Below the pieces are notes generated by a model, which saw only the letters and a list, made by a program, of their open reading frames with translations, searched no databases and was not told the DNA's origin. A program made the translations under genes and the position numbers. Shown piece by piece: positions 21,514-29,978 of a DNA stretch of 64,000 bases; position 1 is the first letter of the stretch; each line of letters begins with the position of its first letter. The DNA is from Alphaproteobacteria bacterium (GTDB taxonomy: Bacteria > Pseudomonadota > Alphaproteobacteria > Bin95): NCBI GenBank assembly GCA_965205265.1, contig CBDBGH010000003.1, positions 3,168,001 to 3,232,000 of the forward strand, in the 5' to 3' direction.

Positions 21514-22203
21514 AATTTTGGAACGAAACAAGACCACCTGTGGCGGCAGCCGGTATGGAACACGCCGGCCCGTCGCGGGTGCTGGAGGAATCCATACGCC
21601 CGTCGTGGGCGTAAACCTGCCAATGCATTGAAAAACAACGATGATTCATGGGCTTGCAGTGGGCGTACTTTTCCCGGCGCGCCAGGGACGCGCAGGGCTG
21701 CGATGGATCGTGACGCAGCGCAGCCCATCGCGCGCCTTCGCAGCCTTTGCAAGGCTGCACCATCGGTGCGTTAGGTGTGTGGACCGAGACGGGCGCGGCC
21801 CGTCGGAGCACGATTTGCGATGCATGAGCGATGGGGGAATCGACGCCGGCGAGAGCGGCGGAGGGGAGCCGCCGCGGCGTGTGTGAGCGGCGGCGTCGGG
21901 CGCGGCGTCCGAGGCATTCATGCGCAGCATGATGCGAGGGCGCGCGACGGAAGCGCAGGCGGCGGTGCGCCGGGTTCGGCGCAGTGGCCGGTGCACTTAT
22001 GGGCGGCATGGTGCAGCGGCGCGTGACGCGGCAGCGGACCGCAGACGCGATCGGCGAGGGCAGCGAGCCCCCGGGTCGTGGTCCGGGGCAGGACGAAGCG
22101 CGCGCGAGGATGGCGTTGCCGCGCGAAGTGTGTGCGCAAGAGGAAACGGGCCGCGCCGCCGTCCCGCTGCCGGGATGACGACGCGGCCCGCGATGTGCTG
22201 CGG

Positions 22204-23139
22204 TCAGGCTGGGCAGCGCATGACCGGGATGCCGAGCTGCTTCGCCTTGTCGACGAGGTTCTCTGTGATGCCGGAGCCGGGGAAGGCGATGACGCCCCTG
22301 GGCAGGAGGTTGAGGAGTTCGTCGTTGCGGCGGAAGGGCGCGGCGCGTCCGTGGCGGTCCCAGTCGGGCTTGCAGACGATCTGGTGGACGCCGTTCCGCT
22401 CGGCCCAGCGTGCGGCGATCTTCTCGACGCCGGGGCCGCCGCCGTGCACGAGGACCATGTCGGCGTACTTGGTGCGGGCCTGGTCGAGGCGGGCGATGAC
22501 GGCGGCGGGGTCTGCGATGTCCCTGCCGCCTGCGATGGCGACGAGGGTGCCTTGCGGCAGGTGGGCCATGGTCTCGCGGTCCTTCCGTGCGCGGATGAAG
22601 TCGCGGGCCTCGATGGCGGCGGAGGTGAGCTTGCCGGTCCGGGATGCGTGCGAGCCGTGGCGCGGGCGCCAGACCTCTCCGGTTTCCTCGCGGTAGGCAT
22701 CGGCGCAGGCGTCGCGCATTTTCTCGAAGGCGTCGCGGCGGTCTCCGAGGTTCTGCGCGCGGTGGGTGGTCATCTCCAGCTCGAACGACCTGATCTCGGT
22801 TCCGTCCTGGTCGCGCTGGAGGTCTCGGAGTTCGGGGGTGAGCCTGTCGACGCTGCGGTCGATGCGCTGTGTCTGGGCGTGGAGCATGTTGACGAACCCC
22901 CAGAGCAGGTGTTCGCGCTCGTCGGCGAGCTGTGTGCCGTCGGGGCAGACGCCGTCGCTGAGAATGCGGAAGGCTTCCTCGACGGCGGTCAGCGCATCGT
23001 CCTTGTCCCAGACGACGCGGGGATCGAACTCGTCGCGCTCGGGTGTTGCGCCGAAGAGGGCGGCGTTGTCGCAGACGGTTGCGGTGACGGAGTGCTCGGT
23101 GCTCTCGACGGTGTCGATGTTCTCGATGATGGTGTTCAT
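22204..23139 (-). CDS. DUF2493/SLOG (YspA-like) domain protein typical of alphaproteobacterial ICEs and plasmids
   Basis: C-terminal VAIAGGRD, LVHGGGPGVEKIAARWA, PDWDRHGRAAPFRRN, FPGSGIT; RBS AAGGAG. Confidence 0.82.
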   Translation of the reverse strand: MNTIIENIDTVESTEHSVTATVCDNAALFGATPERDEFDPRVVWDKDDALTAVEEAFRILSDGVCPDGTQLADEREHLLWGFVNMLHAQTQRIDRSVDRLTPELRDLQRDQDGTEIRSFELEMTTHRAQNLGDRRDAFEKMRDACADAYREETGEVWRPRHGSHASRTGKLTSAAIEARDFIRARKDRETMAHLPQGTLVAIAGGRDIADPAAVIARLDQARTKYADMVLVHGGGPGVEKIAARWAERNGVHQIVCKPDWDRHGRAAPFRRNDELLNLLPRGVIAFPGSGITENLVDKAKQLGIPVMRCPA

Positions 23140-23576
23140 GACGATCTCCTTGACGATCGGGTTGCAGCTATCGGAGCGTTGCGCCCCGAAGTGATGTCCT
23201 GTTGGGTCACGCGCGCGCAGCGGAAGCACCGGGTCCGGAATGAATGGCCCGGCGGGATGCGCGAGTGGTGCGGGCGCACAAGCGAGCGGAGCGAGTGCGG
23301 AGCCACGGTCGCGCATTCCGCCGGGCCTAGGCGCTTCAGCGCCGTTTCATTCCGAGTCCCGGCCGGAACGGAGCGCGAGCGGAGTGGAGGACCCCGCCGC
23401 CGGCGGGGTTGGTGCAGTGAGCACGTGTGGCACAATGGGACAGCACGCACGCAGGCAAATTCTTTCCCCTTGCACGGACCCGATGGGCGCTGCCGCCCGG
23501 CACGGCCTTCGGGAGCATCCCCGGACCTGTCGGTCAGCCTTGCAAGCGGAGCGCGCAGCTTGACAGTCATGGCGGG

Positions 23577-23804
23577 TCACCCCCACAGCGGATGCGAGAG
23601 GATCCGCTGCCTGGCCACCTCGCGGATGCGGTTGCGGTCATGGACGCGGCAGGGACCGCGCGGATCCTCGTGGAGATGCACCACGAAATACCGCGCACCC
23701 TCGCGCAGCGGATCGTCGAGGGCACAGACGTCGCCGACATGGTCGCCGTCGCAGTAGATGCGGGACTGGTCCGGGGCGATGCGGCGGAAGGCGATGGCGC
23801 TCAT
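23577..23804 (-). CDS. Small hypothetical protein
   Basis: MSAIAFRRIAPDQSRIYC...HPLWG; ATGA overlap with the upstream gene. Confidence 0.55.
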   Translation of the reverse strand: MSAIAFRRIAPDQSRIYCDGDHVGDVCALDDPLREGARYFVVHLHEDPRGPCRVHDRNRIREVARQRILSHPLWG

Positions 23805-24157
23805 GACGCGCCCCCCTCCGCCTGGCGGGCGCTGCGTTCCGCCAGCACCTGCGCCGCCCAGGCCGCCGCGCGGGCCAGCACGTCGCCATGACACGGCTCC
23901 GGCTCGCACCAGCATGCAAGCCAGCAGCCGTCGAGCGCGGCGAGTTCTTGCAGTGACACCTCGCCCGCGCGGATGCGGCGCCAGAGATCGGCGCGGTAGC
24001 GGGCGACCGCCTGTTCCCTCGAACAGGCCGGTGCGATCCGGAACGGGTTTCCCCACTTCGTGCGGCGGTCGATCAGCACGGTGTTGTTGACTACCTGTGC
24101 ATGGTCGAACGCTTCCCGCAGTCTCGGTTCGGTCTTCAGATTGATGACGGCGTCCAT
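23801..24157 (-). CDS. DUF4326 domain protein
   Basis: IDRRTKWGNPF, LACWCEPEPCHGDVL. Confidence 0.88.
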   Translation of the reverse strand: MDAVINLKTEPRLREAFDHAQVVNNTVLIDRRTKWGNPFRIAPACSREQAVARYRADLWRRIRAGEVSLQELAALDGCWLACWCEPEPCHGDVLARAAAWAAQVLAERSARQAEGGAS

Positions 24158-24224
24158 CGGCTCCCTCCTCTCCCCGGGTCGGCTTGCCCGACCCTCGCTT
24201 TCCTCTTTCTCCTGCCACGCCGGG

Positions 24225-25223
24225 TCAGGCGCCGGGGCGGAACAGGGGCGCGAGGCGGGCGCGCAGCGCCGCCGCGCCGAGCGCGACCAGGTCGTCGTTG
24301 AAGTCGTTGCCCTGGGGCACGATCGCCGTGGCGGCGACGCCCGCCCGCGCGCAGCGCCGGGCGAGGCGTTCGGCGGCGCGTGCGCCGTCCTCGTCGTTGT
24401 CCCGCGCGATCACGAGGCGGGCGACGCCGGCAGGCGGAGAGAAGGCGCCGAGGCTGCCGGCCGAGAGCGCCGCCGCGGCGCGGATCTCGGGCAGGGCGGC
24501 GACCAGCGAGAGCACGGTCTCGATGCCCTCGCCGACGACCAGCGCAGCGCCGTCGCCGGGCTGGCCGAAGCGCACGGCGAGGCCATGGATGCGTCCGAGC
24601 GCCTTGCGCGGATGGGCGACATCCGCCTTGGCGGGCGAGCGGGGATCGAGCCAGGTGCGCTGGACGCCGAAGAGCCGGCCGCCTGCCCCGGACTGCGATC
24701 CGGAGTCGCCGCCGGTGACGGCGGCGACCAGCGCCGGGAGACGGCGCACCGAGGGGCCTTCGCGGTAGCGAAGCGCCGGGTGGAAGCGCAGCGCCGCGAA
24801 GCGGCAGCGCGCGAGCCCGCGGGCGTGGAGATAGCGCTCGGCATGGCTGCCGTCGAGGGCGCGGCAGCCGCGCCACAGGCGGCGCGCCGCCTCGGTGGCG
24901 TCATACCGCTCGCTGGATACAGGGACGGGGTCCGCCGGCACGGCGAGGAAACGCCGCGCCTCGTCGAGCGCCGCGCGCAGCGTCGGCGCGCGGGAGCGGT
25001 GGCGGATCAGGTCGAGCAGGTCGCCATGCTCGCCCGAGGCCGCGTCGGTGAACTTGCCGGGCGTTCCGGGGCCGGAGAGGCGGACGAAGAGGGAGCGGCC
25101 GCGGGCGCCGTCGATATCGCCGCAGATCCAGTAGCGGCCCTGCCGCCGTCCGTTGGGCAGGTAGTGGCGGCAGACTTCCTCGGCGCGCTCCGCGAGCGCG
25201 GCGGCGAGGGCGCCGGCATTCAT
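24225..25223 (-). CDS. Toprim-domain primase-like protein of mobile elements
   Basis: YLPNGRRQGRYWICGD, GEHGDLLDLI, VGEGIETVLS, IARDNDEDG, DFNDDL. Confidence 0.85.
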   Translation of the reverse strand: MNAGALAAALAERAEEVCRHYLPNGRRQGRYWICGDIDGARGRSLFVRLSGPGTPGKFTDAASGEHGDLLDLIRHRSRAPTLRAALDEARRFLAVPADPVPVSSERYDATEAARRLWRGCRALDGSHAERYLHARGLARCRFAALRFHPALRYREGPSVRRLPALVAAVTGGDSGSQSGAGGRLFGVQRTWLDPRSPAKADVAHPRKALGRIHGLAVRFGQPGDGAALVVGEGIETVLSLVAALPEIRAAAALSAGSLGAFSPPAGVARLVIARDNDEDGARAAERLARRCARAGVAATAIVPQGNDFNDDLVALGAAALRARLAPLFRPGA

Positions 25224-25463
25224 GGCCGGCCCCCGCCCGGGCAGGCGGGACGGCAATGGATTGCGGGACATGGCGGGACTCCTCCATCGGGACGGAACGC
25301 TCGATACCGGCCGGTCTCCGCCCCCGCCTGGCGCCGGAGAAGGCGCGCGCCGCGCGAAACGCGGACGCGCCATGGGGGCCGGGGACGCCTCCGGATCGGC
25401 AGCAAAAAAGAGGCCGGCGCCGAAGCGCCGGCCCGAGTTGGGAGGGAGGAAGCGTGATGCCGA

Positions 25464-25913
25464 TCAGAACGGAATCCGGTCGGCGTCCATGTCCGAGGGC
25501 GCCGGGGCGGGAGCCGTGCCGGCGTCGCCCGCCATGTCGGGGCCGGGCTGGCTCCGGGCGCCGTTGCCCTTGTCCAGGAACTGCACGCGCCCGCCCGGGA
25601 CCAGCAGGATCTCGGTCGAGAAGCGGTCGGAGTCCTCGCCCTCCTTCTTCCAGCGCCGGGTCTGGAGCTTGCCCGCGACATAGACCAGACGACCCTTCAC
25701 CGCGTTCTTGACCAGCATGTCGATGAGGCCGTCCTGGAAGGTCACGACCCGGTGCCACTCGGTGCGGTCGATCCGCTCGCCGTTCTTGTCGATATAGGAT
25801 TCGTCGGTGGCGATGCTCATGTTGGCGACGCGGCCGCCGCTCTGGAGGTGGTTGACGGTGACGTCGGCGCCGAGGCGGCCGATCAGTTCCGCGCGATTGA
25901 GACCGAATGCCAT
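25464..25913 (-). CDS. ssb: Single-stranded DNA-binding protein (mobile-element copy)
   Basis: LNRAELIGRLGAD, TEWHRVV, GKLQTRRW, acidic tail DRIPF. Confidence 0.93.
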   Translation of the reverse strand: MAFGLNRAELIGRLGADVTVNHLQSGGRVANMSIATDESYIDKNGERIDRTEWHRVVTFQDGLIDMLVKNAVKGRLVYVAGKLQTRRWKKEGEDSDRFSTEILLVPGGRVQFLDKGNGARSQPGPDMAGDAGTAPAPAPSDMDADRIPF

Positions 25914-26020
25914 GGAGAATCTCCTTGAATGGCTGGTTGCTGACGATGGGTTGCGAACGGGGGAAGCCGGGTCGATCCCTCTCCCCGGCCCCCTGCCGCT
26001 CACCTTCTTCCCGCTTTCCT

Positions 26021-26164
26021 TCACTCTGCGTCGCGGCCGGCGAGGACCTCGCGGATGGCCCGGCTGTCGAGACCGGCCTCGGCCAGCAGTTCGTCGCAGG
26101 CCGGCGCGTCGTGTTCGGTGCCGGTTGCCGCATCGGCGTCGTGGAAGAACTCGGACATGGGCAT
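26021..26164 (-). CDS. Very small acidic hypothetical protein
   Basis: MPMSEFFHDAD... preceded by GGGGAG. Confidence 0.35.
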   Translation of the reverse strand: MPMSEFFHDADAATGTEHDAPACDELLAEAGLDSRAIREVLAGRDAE

Positions 26165-26317
26165 CTCCCCTGGACGGCGCCCGGACATCCAGCGGAAGGG
26201 CCGCTCCCTTCCACCCCGCCGGGCGCTCGCCCCCGCCAAAGCCCTTCTCCAACTCCGGGACGACAGCCCGGCGGAAGCAGGACGGGCAGGCGAACGCCGA
26301 TCCGGGGCCGCGCCGGC

Positions 26318-27577
26318 TCACCAGGGTGGCGCCGTCAGCAAAGCCATGGGGCTGGCATCGCACAGCACCTCGACCTCGTCGCGCGAGAGCTTCTCGAAGA
26401 CGAGGCAGAGCGCGACATCGGCCTCGCTGTCGAACGGCCCGTGCTCGCGCCCGGTGGCGATCTCGATCACCGTATACTGCGGGTCCCAGAACGGGATGCC
26501 GCGGAACGCGCCCGAACTCTCGCGGTGCCTGCGCGAACAGGGCTCGCAACGCGCCACGCCCGGCGAGGGCGCGTTGCAGGCGACACAGCGGCCCCGGGCC
26601 CTCCGACCGGCATAGCGGTCGCGGCGGGCGGCGTGTTCGGCCTCGCGGTCGCGGCGCTCGGCCCTGACGACGGCGCAGGGCGCGCAGTAAGCGGCGCCAT
26701 CGAAGGTGGGTGCCTGACACTTGACGCAGACCCCGGCGGTTCTGCGGGCGTCGTAGCGGTCGCGGGCGGCGTCGCGACAGTCCTGGCACTCGGCCGCCCC
26801 GTTGGCCGGCTTGCCGCAACTGGTGCAATCGCCCCGGGCCTTGCGTTCGGCATAACGCCGGCGGTCGGCCTCCCGCTTCGCCTTCCGGTCCCGCCGCCGG
26901 CTCCGGGTCCCGGCGCAAGGCGGGCAATACGCCCTGCCGTCCGGCGCGGGCGCCGCGCACCGGACGCACAATCCGGCGGCGCGGCGATCATGATGGCGGG
27001 CGCGTTTCGCCTGCCGCCTGTCCGCGCGGCACGGCCCGCACATGGTCCGGCCCTCTTCGGGCGGGGTGTTGCCGCAGCGGGTGCAGAGGCCGGCGGCCTG
27101 GCGGGCCTCGCTGCGCCGGCGGCTGCGCTCCCGTCCGGCCCGGCGCCGGGCTTCCGGGTCGCGCCCGCCATAGGGTATCCCCTGGGCCCTGGCCCGGGCG
27201 TCACGCTTGCGGTCGCGCGCGCGATGCTTTTCCGCGCAAGGCCCGCAGGTCGTGCGGTCCGGGCGCGCCGGGGCCCGGCCGCACCTGGTGCAGATGCCGG
27301 CGGCCGCGCGCTCGGCATAGAGCTTGCGGTCGCGCTTGCGCCCCTGGCGCCTTGCCCGTTCGGGGTCGCGCCGGGGTTTCCTGCCGGCCCGCAGGCGGGC
27401 GTCCCGCGCCCGGCTCGCGCGGTTCCGTTTCTCGTTGCAGGGCGCGCACAGGCGGCGTTCCGGCACAGGGCCGGTCCGGCCGCATCCCGGGCACAGGCCG
27501 GCCTCGGTCCGTGCGGCGGTGCGTCTGGCGATGCGCGCGCGGTCGCGCTGACGGATCTCCGGATCGGCACAGGCCAT
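26318..27577 (-). CDS. Arg-rich protein with seven CxxC-x(9-11)-CxxC repeats
   Basis: GLCPGC..LCAPC, GICTRC..TCGPC, GLCTRC..MCGPC, GLCVRC..YCPPC, GDCTSC..ECQDC, GVCVKC..YCAPC, GRCVAC..RCEPC; RBS GAGGAGG. Confidence 0.8.
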   Translation of the reverse strand: MACADPEIRQRDRARIARRTAARTEAGLCPGCGRTGPVPERRLCAPCNEKRNRASRARDARLRAGRKPRRDPERARRQGRKRDRKLYAERAAAGICTRCGRAPARPDRTTCGPCAEKHRARDRKRDARARAQGIPYGGRDPEARRRAGRERSRRRSEARQAAGLCTRCGNTPPEEGRTMCGPCRADRRQAKRARHHDRRAAGLCVRCAAPAPDGRAYCPPCAGTRSRRRDRKAKREADRRRYAERKARGDCTSCGKPANGAAECQDCRDAARDRYDARRTAGVCVKCQAPTFDGAAYCAPCAVVRAERRDREAEHAARRDRYAGRRARGRCVACNAPSPGVARCEPCSRRHRESSGAFRGIPFWDPQYTVIEIATGREHGPFDSEADVALCLVFEKLSRDEVEVLCDASPMALLTAPPW

Positions 27578-27684
27578 GCCGTCCTCCTCGGTTCGTGGGG
27601 GAAAGGAAAGGCGGACGCCCCGCCGGCGGCCCCAGTCCCCGAGTCGGGGGCGGCGGGTCGGCAGGACGTCCGGGAAGGGGGCGA

Positions 27685-28008
27685 TCAGCCCTTCTGGCGG
27701 CGGTCGATACCGATGCCCATGGCGTAGGTGCCCCAGTACTGGACCCCGCCCCGGCTGCCGAGGCCGGTGCAGATGATGATCTCGTTGCGTTCGGGCCGCA
27801 TCTCCTTCACCGCCTTCAAGGTCGCGGTGGCATGGCCCGCCTTGCGTCGGCCCTTGCCGGACGCCGGGTCGGGGCAGCGGCGAATGTCGCCATTCACCAT
27901 CGCGCGGAAGCGCTCTACGGCGTAACGGTCGTCGGAAAGCCCGCTGCCGAAGAAATGGGTCAGGAAGGTGTTCGCTGTGTTGCCGGGCATCGCCATCGCT
28001 GCGCTCAT
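27685..28008 (-). CDS. Hypothetical protein
   Basis: MSAAMAMPGNTANTFL... after GAAGGAG, co-oriented with the ICE-type genes. Confidence 0.5.
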   Translation of the reverse strand: MSAAMAMPGNTANTFLTHFFGSGLSDDRYAVERFRAMVNGDIRRCPDPASGKGRRKAGHATATLKAVKEMRPERNEIIICTGLGSRGGVQYWGTYAMGIGIDRRQKG

Positions 28009-28373
28009 GGTGCCGTCTCCTTCGTGCCGATGAGGGGAAACGGACGAACGCCCTCTCCCGGACATCCGACCGCCGCCCTGCTCACGGCCAACGCTCCCCT
28101 CTTGATGGAGCGAGGCGCGGACACGGAGACGACGGCCGGCCGGCGGCGCGGCACGCGGGGGCCGGAAGGCCAACTCAGGGTGGTGAGAGAAGACCGGACG
28201 CGGGCACGAGCGGCCGACGAATACAGCGGGCCATGGCGCGCGTCGGACCCCGAGCGCGACTTGCGCGCATGCGGGTCGGGCTACTCGGACTGATGGACGC
28301 GGATATAGACGCGCTGTTCGGCCCGGCGCAATCGGGGTCCCCTGCCGACCCGCGAACGCGGTAGAGCAGTGCT

Positions 28374-28697
28374 GTGGAAATTCGGAACCACCCAGGGCCG
28401 GGGGGCTACGATCGGGACAAACTCTTCGACAAGCCCCGCGAGGACGTCTGGCTTCGACCTCTCCGGCTCCGGAACGAGTTCGTCGCCCGCTACCACTATC
28501 TCGGATACAAGACCCTGGTCGGCGCCCAGATGCGCTACGCCGTCCATGACCGCAACGGCTGGCCGCTCGCCATGCTCGGCTTCTCCACCGCCGCCTGGAA
28601 GCTCGCTCCGCGCGACAACTTCATCGGGTGGACGCCCGAGAAGCGCGAGAAGAACCTGCCGCTCGTGGTCGACAACCCGCGCTTCCTGATATTGCCC
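28374..28697 (+). pseudogene. DUF4338 (DruA-like) gene, 5' fragment
   Basis: NEFVARYHYLGYKTLVGAQMRY...AAWKLAPRDNFIGW...NPRFLILP, broken at 28697. Confidence 0.82.
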
Positions 28698-28711
28698 CCG
28701 CAACCACCTCA

Positions 28712-28753
28712 AGCCCCTGAAAACACTGGAGTTTTCGGGGGCTTTGTCGTTTC
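28712..28753 (+). terminator. Terminator-like hairpin after the tRNA 3'-end fragment
   Basis: AAGCCCCTGAAAAC-actgga-GTTTTCGGGGGCTT followed by TGTCGTTT. Confidence 0.6.
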
Positions 28754-29255
28754 CGGGAGGCGGCCAAATAGTCCTCCGTCAACACATGGTCAACACGGGC
28801 GCGCATCGTGACCGCGGACACGCCAAGATGCCGGCGGCATTTGTTCGGGCGGGCTGTGGAGCATCCGGGCAGATCAGGGACGATGAGTAGCGACAATCCC
28901 CGGATGCCGATTACCCAGAGATTCCGAGCTTGTCGCAGCCTGACTGTTCCATGGTTCTTCCGCACGCATACGGCCGTGTACGCCTCGACCGAAAGACCGA
29001 AATCGGCGGTTTGAGGCGTGTGCGCTGTCGGGGACGGGCTGATTTACAAGGCGTTCACGGAGGCGCGAGATTTTTGATACCCCGTGGTGGTCGTTGATAT
29101 CCGGGGTTTCAGTTTCGCTGCGGCGGTCGTTTTGGCGATTTTCACCCCACGCCGATGGTCGCGGCGTAAGCGTCCGACAAGGACCGCAGGGTATGTCGGT
29201 TTGAGTTTGTCTGCGGGGTGCTGTTGATCGGGACGGATCGGGCGGGCTTGTCTGG

Positions 29256-29477
29256 CTATGCGGCGTTATCGTGCCGCTGGCTGTCCTGCCGGTTCCATGG
29301 AAGGAGTTCGCCGAGCCGGCTCTGCGGCGTCTCCGCGATCCGGCGCAGGACATCGGCGAGCCAGGCCTGGGGATCGACGTTGTTGAGCTTGGCGGTTCCG
29401 ATGAGGGTATACATGGCCGCGGCGCGCCTGCCGCCGCGGTCGGAGCCGGCGAACAGCCAGGATTTGCGGCCGAGGGC
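29256..29477 (-). pseudogene. tnpC: IS66 tnpC 3' fragment
   Basis: ALGRKSWLFAGSDRGGRRAAAMYTLIGTAKLNNVDPQAWL...LLPWN. Confidence 0.9.
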
Positions 29478-29479
29478 GA

Positions 29480-29962
29480 TCGTGCATTCATTCTGCCCAT
29501 GTCGGGCAGGACTGCGTCATCCATTACCCGTGGCATGCCCATTTCGGCCGCCGTGTCCGCCTTGAAGTTATCGAACAGCGTGCCGACGGCCTCATGGCCT
29601 CTGTCGAGGTAGAGCCCGGGCTGGTCATCAAGATTCCCGCCTGGTCGCTCGATCCTGCGTCATGCGCCGGCATGGAGATCGGCGCGCCGCGTGTATCCCT
29701 GGCCGCTCTTGCCGCGCTTCACGAGGTTCTCGTCGGCCAGGGTTTTAGACGAAGCTCCTCCGCTGACGGGACGGTTAGTGAGGAGGAGCTCAATGAAGTC
29801 TTTGGCTGTACCGGCGAGGCCGCCGGGCGAGTTCCGACAGCTCAGCATGCTGTTGGACACACCGGCGCTGCGTGGCCTGAACCGGGAGGAACGCGACGCG
29901 GTCGTGGGCGCGCTGGCCGGGCTGCTTCTGGAAGCGGCGGATTTCGCGGTGAAGGAGGATGA
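29480..29962 (+). CDS. Accessory ORF of the recombinase element whose proposed start lies at the other end (32052)
   Basis: Open frame SCIHSAHVGQDCVIHYPWHAHFG...IPAWSLDPASCAGM from the att site; first internal ATG only at 29594. Confidence 0.6.
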   Translation, partial: SCIHSAHVGQDCVIHYPWHAHFGRRVRLEVIEQRADGLMASVEVEPGLVIKIPAWSLDPASCAGMEIGAPRVSLAALAALHEVLVGQGFRRSSSADGTVSEEELNEVFGCTGEAAGRVPTAQHAVGHTGAAWPEPGGTRRGRGRAGRAASGSGGFRGEGG

Positions 29963-29978
29963 CGATGAGCACCTCTGA
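29793..29978 (+). CDS. Small ORF (61 aa) overlapping the recombinase start
   Basis: MKSLAVP...RQLSMLLD...LAGLLLEAA after GAGGAGGAG. Confidence 0.6.
   Translation: MKSLAVPARPPGEFRQLSMLLDTPALRGLNREERDAVVGALAGLLLEAADFAVKEDDDEHL

Noticed and set aside
28693-28706. tRNA-Met gene
   Set aside because: Only the last 14 nt match; upstream is DUF4338 coding sequence, so it is an att fragment and not a tRNA.
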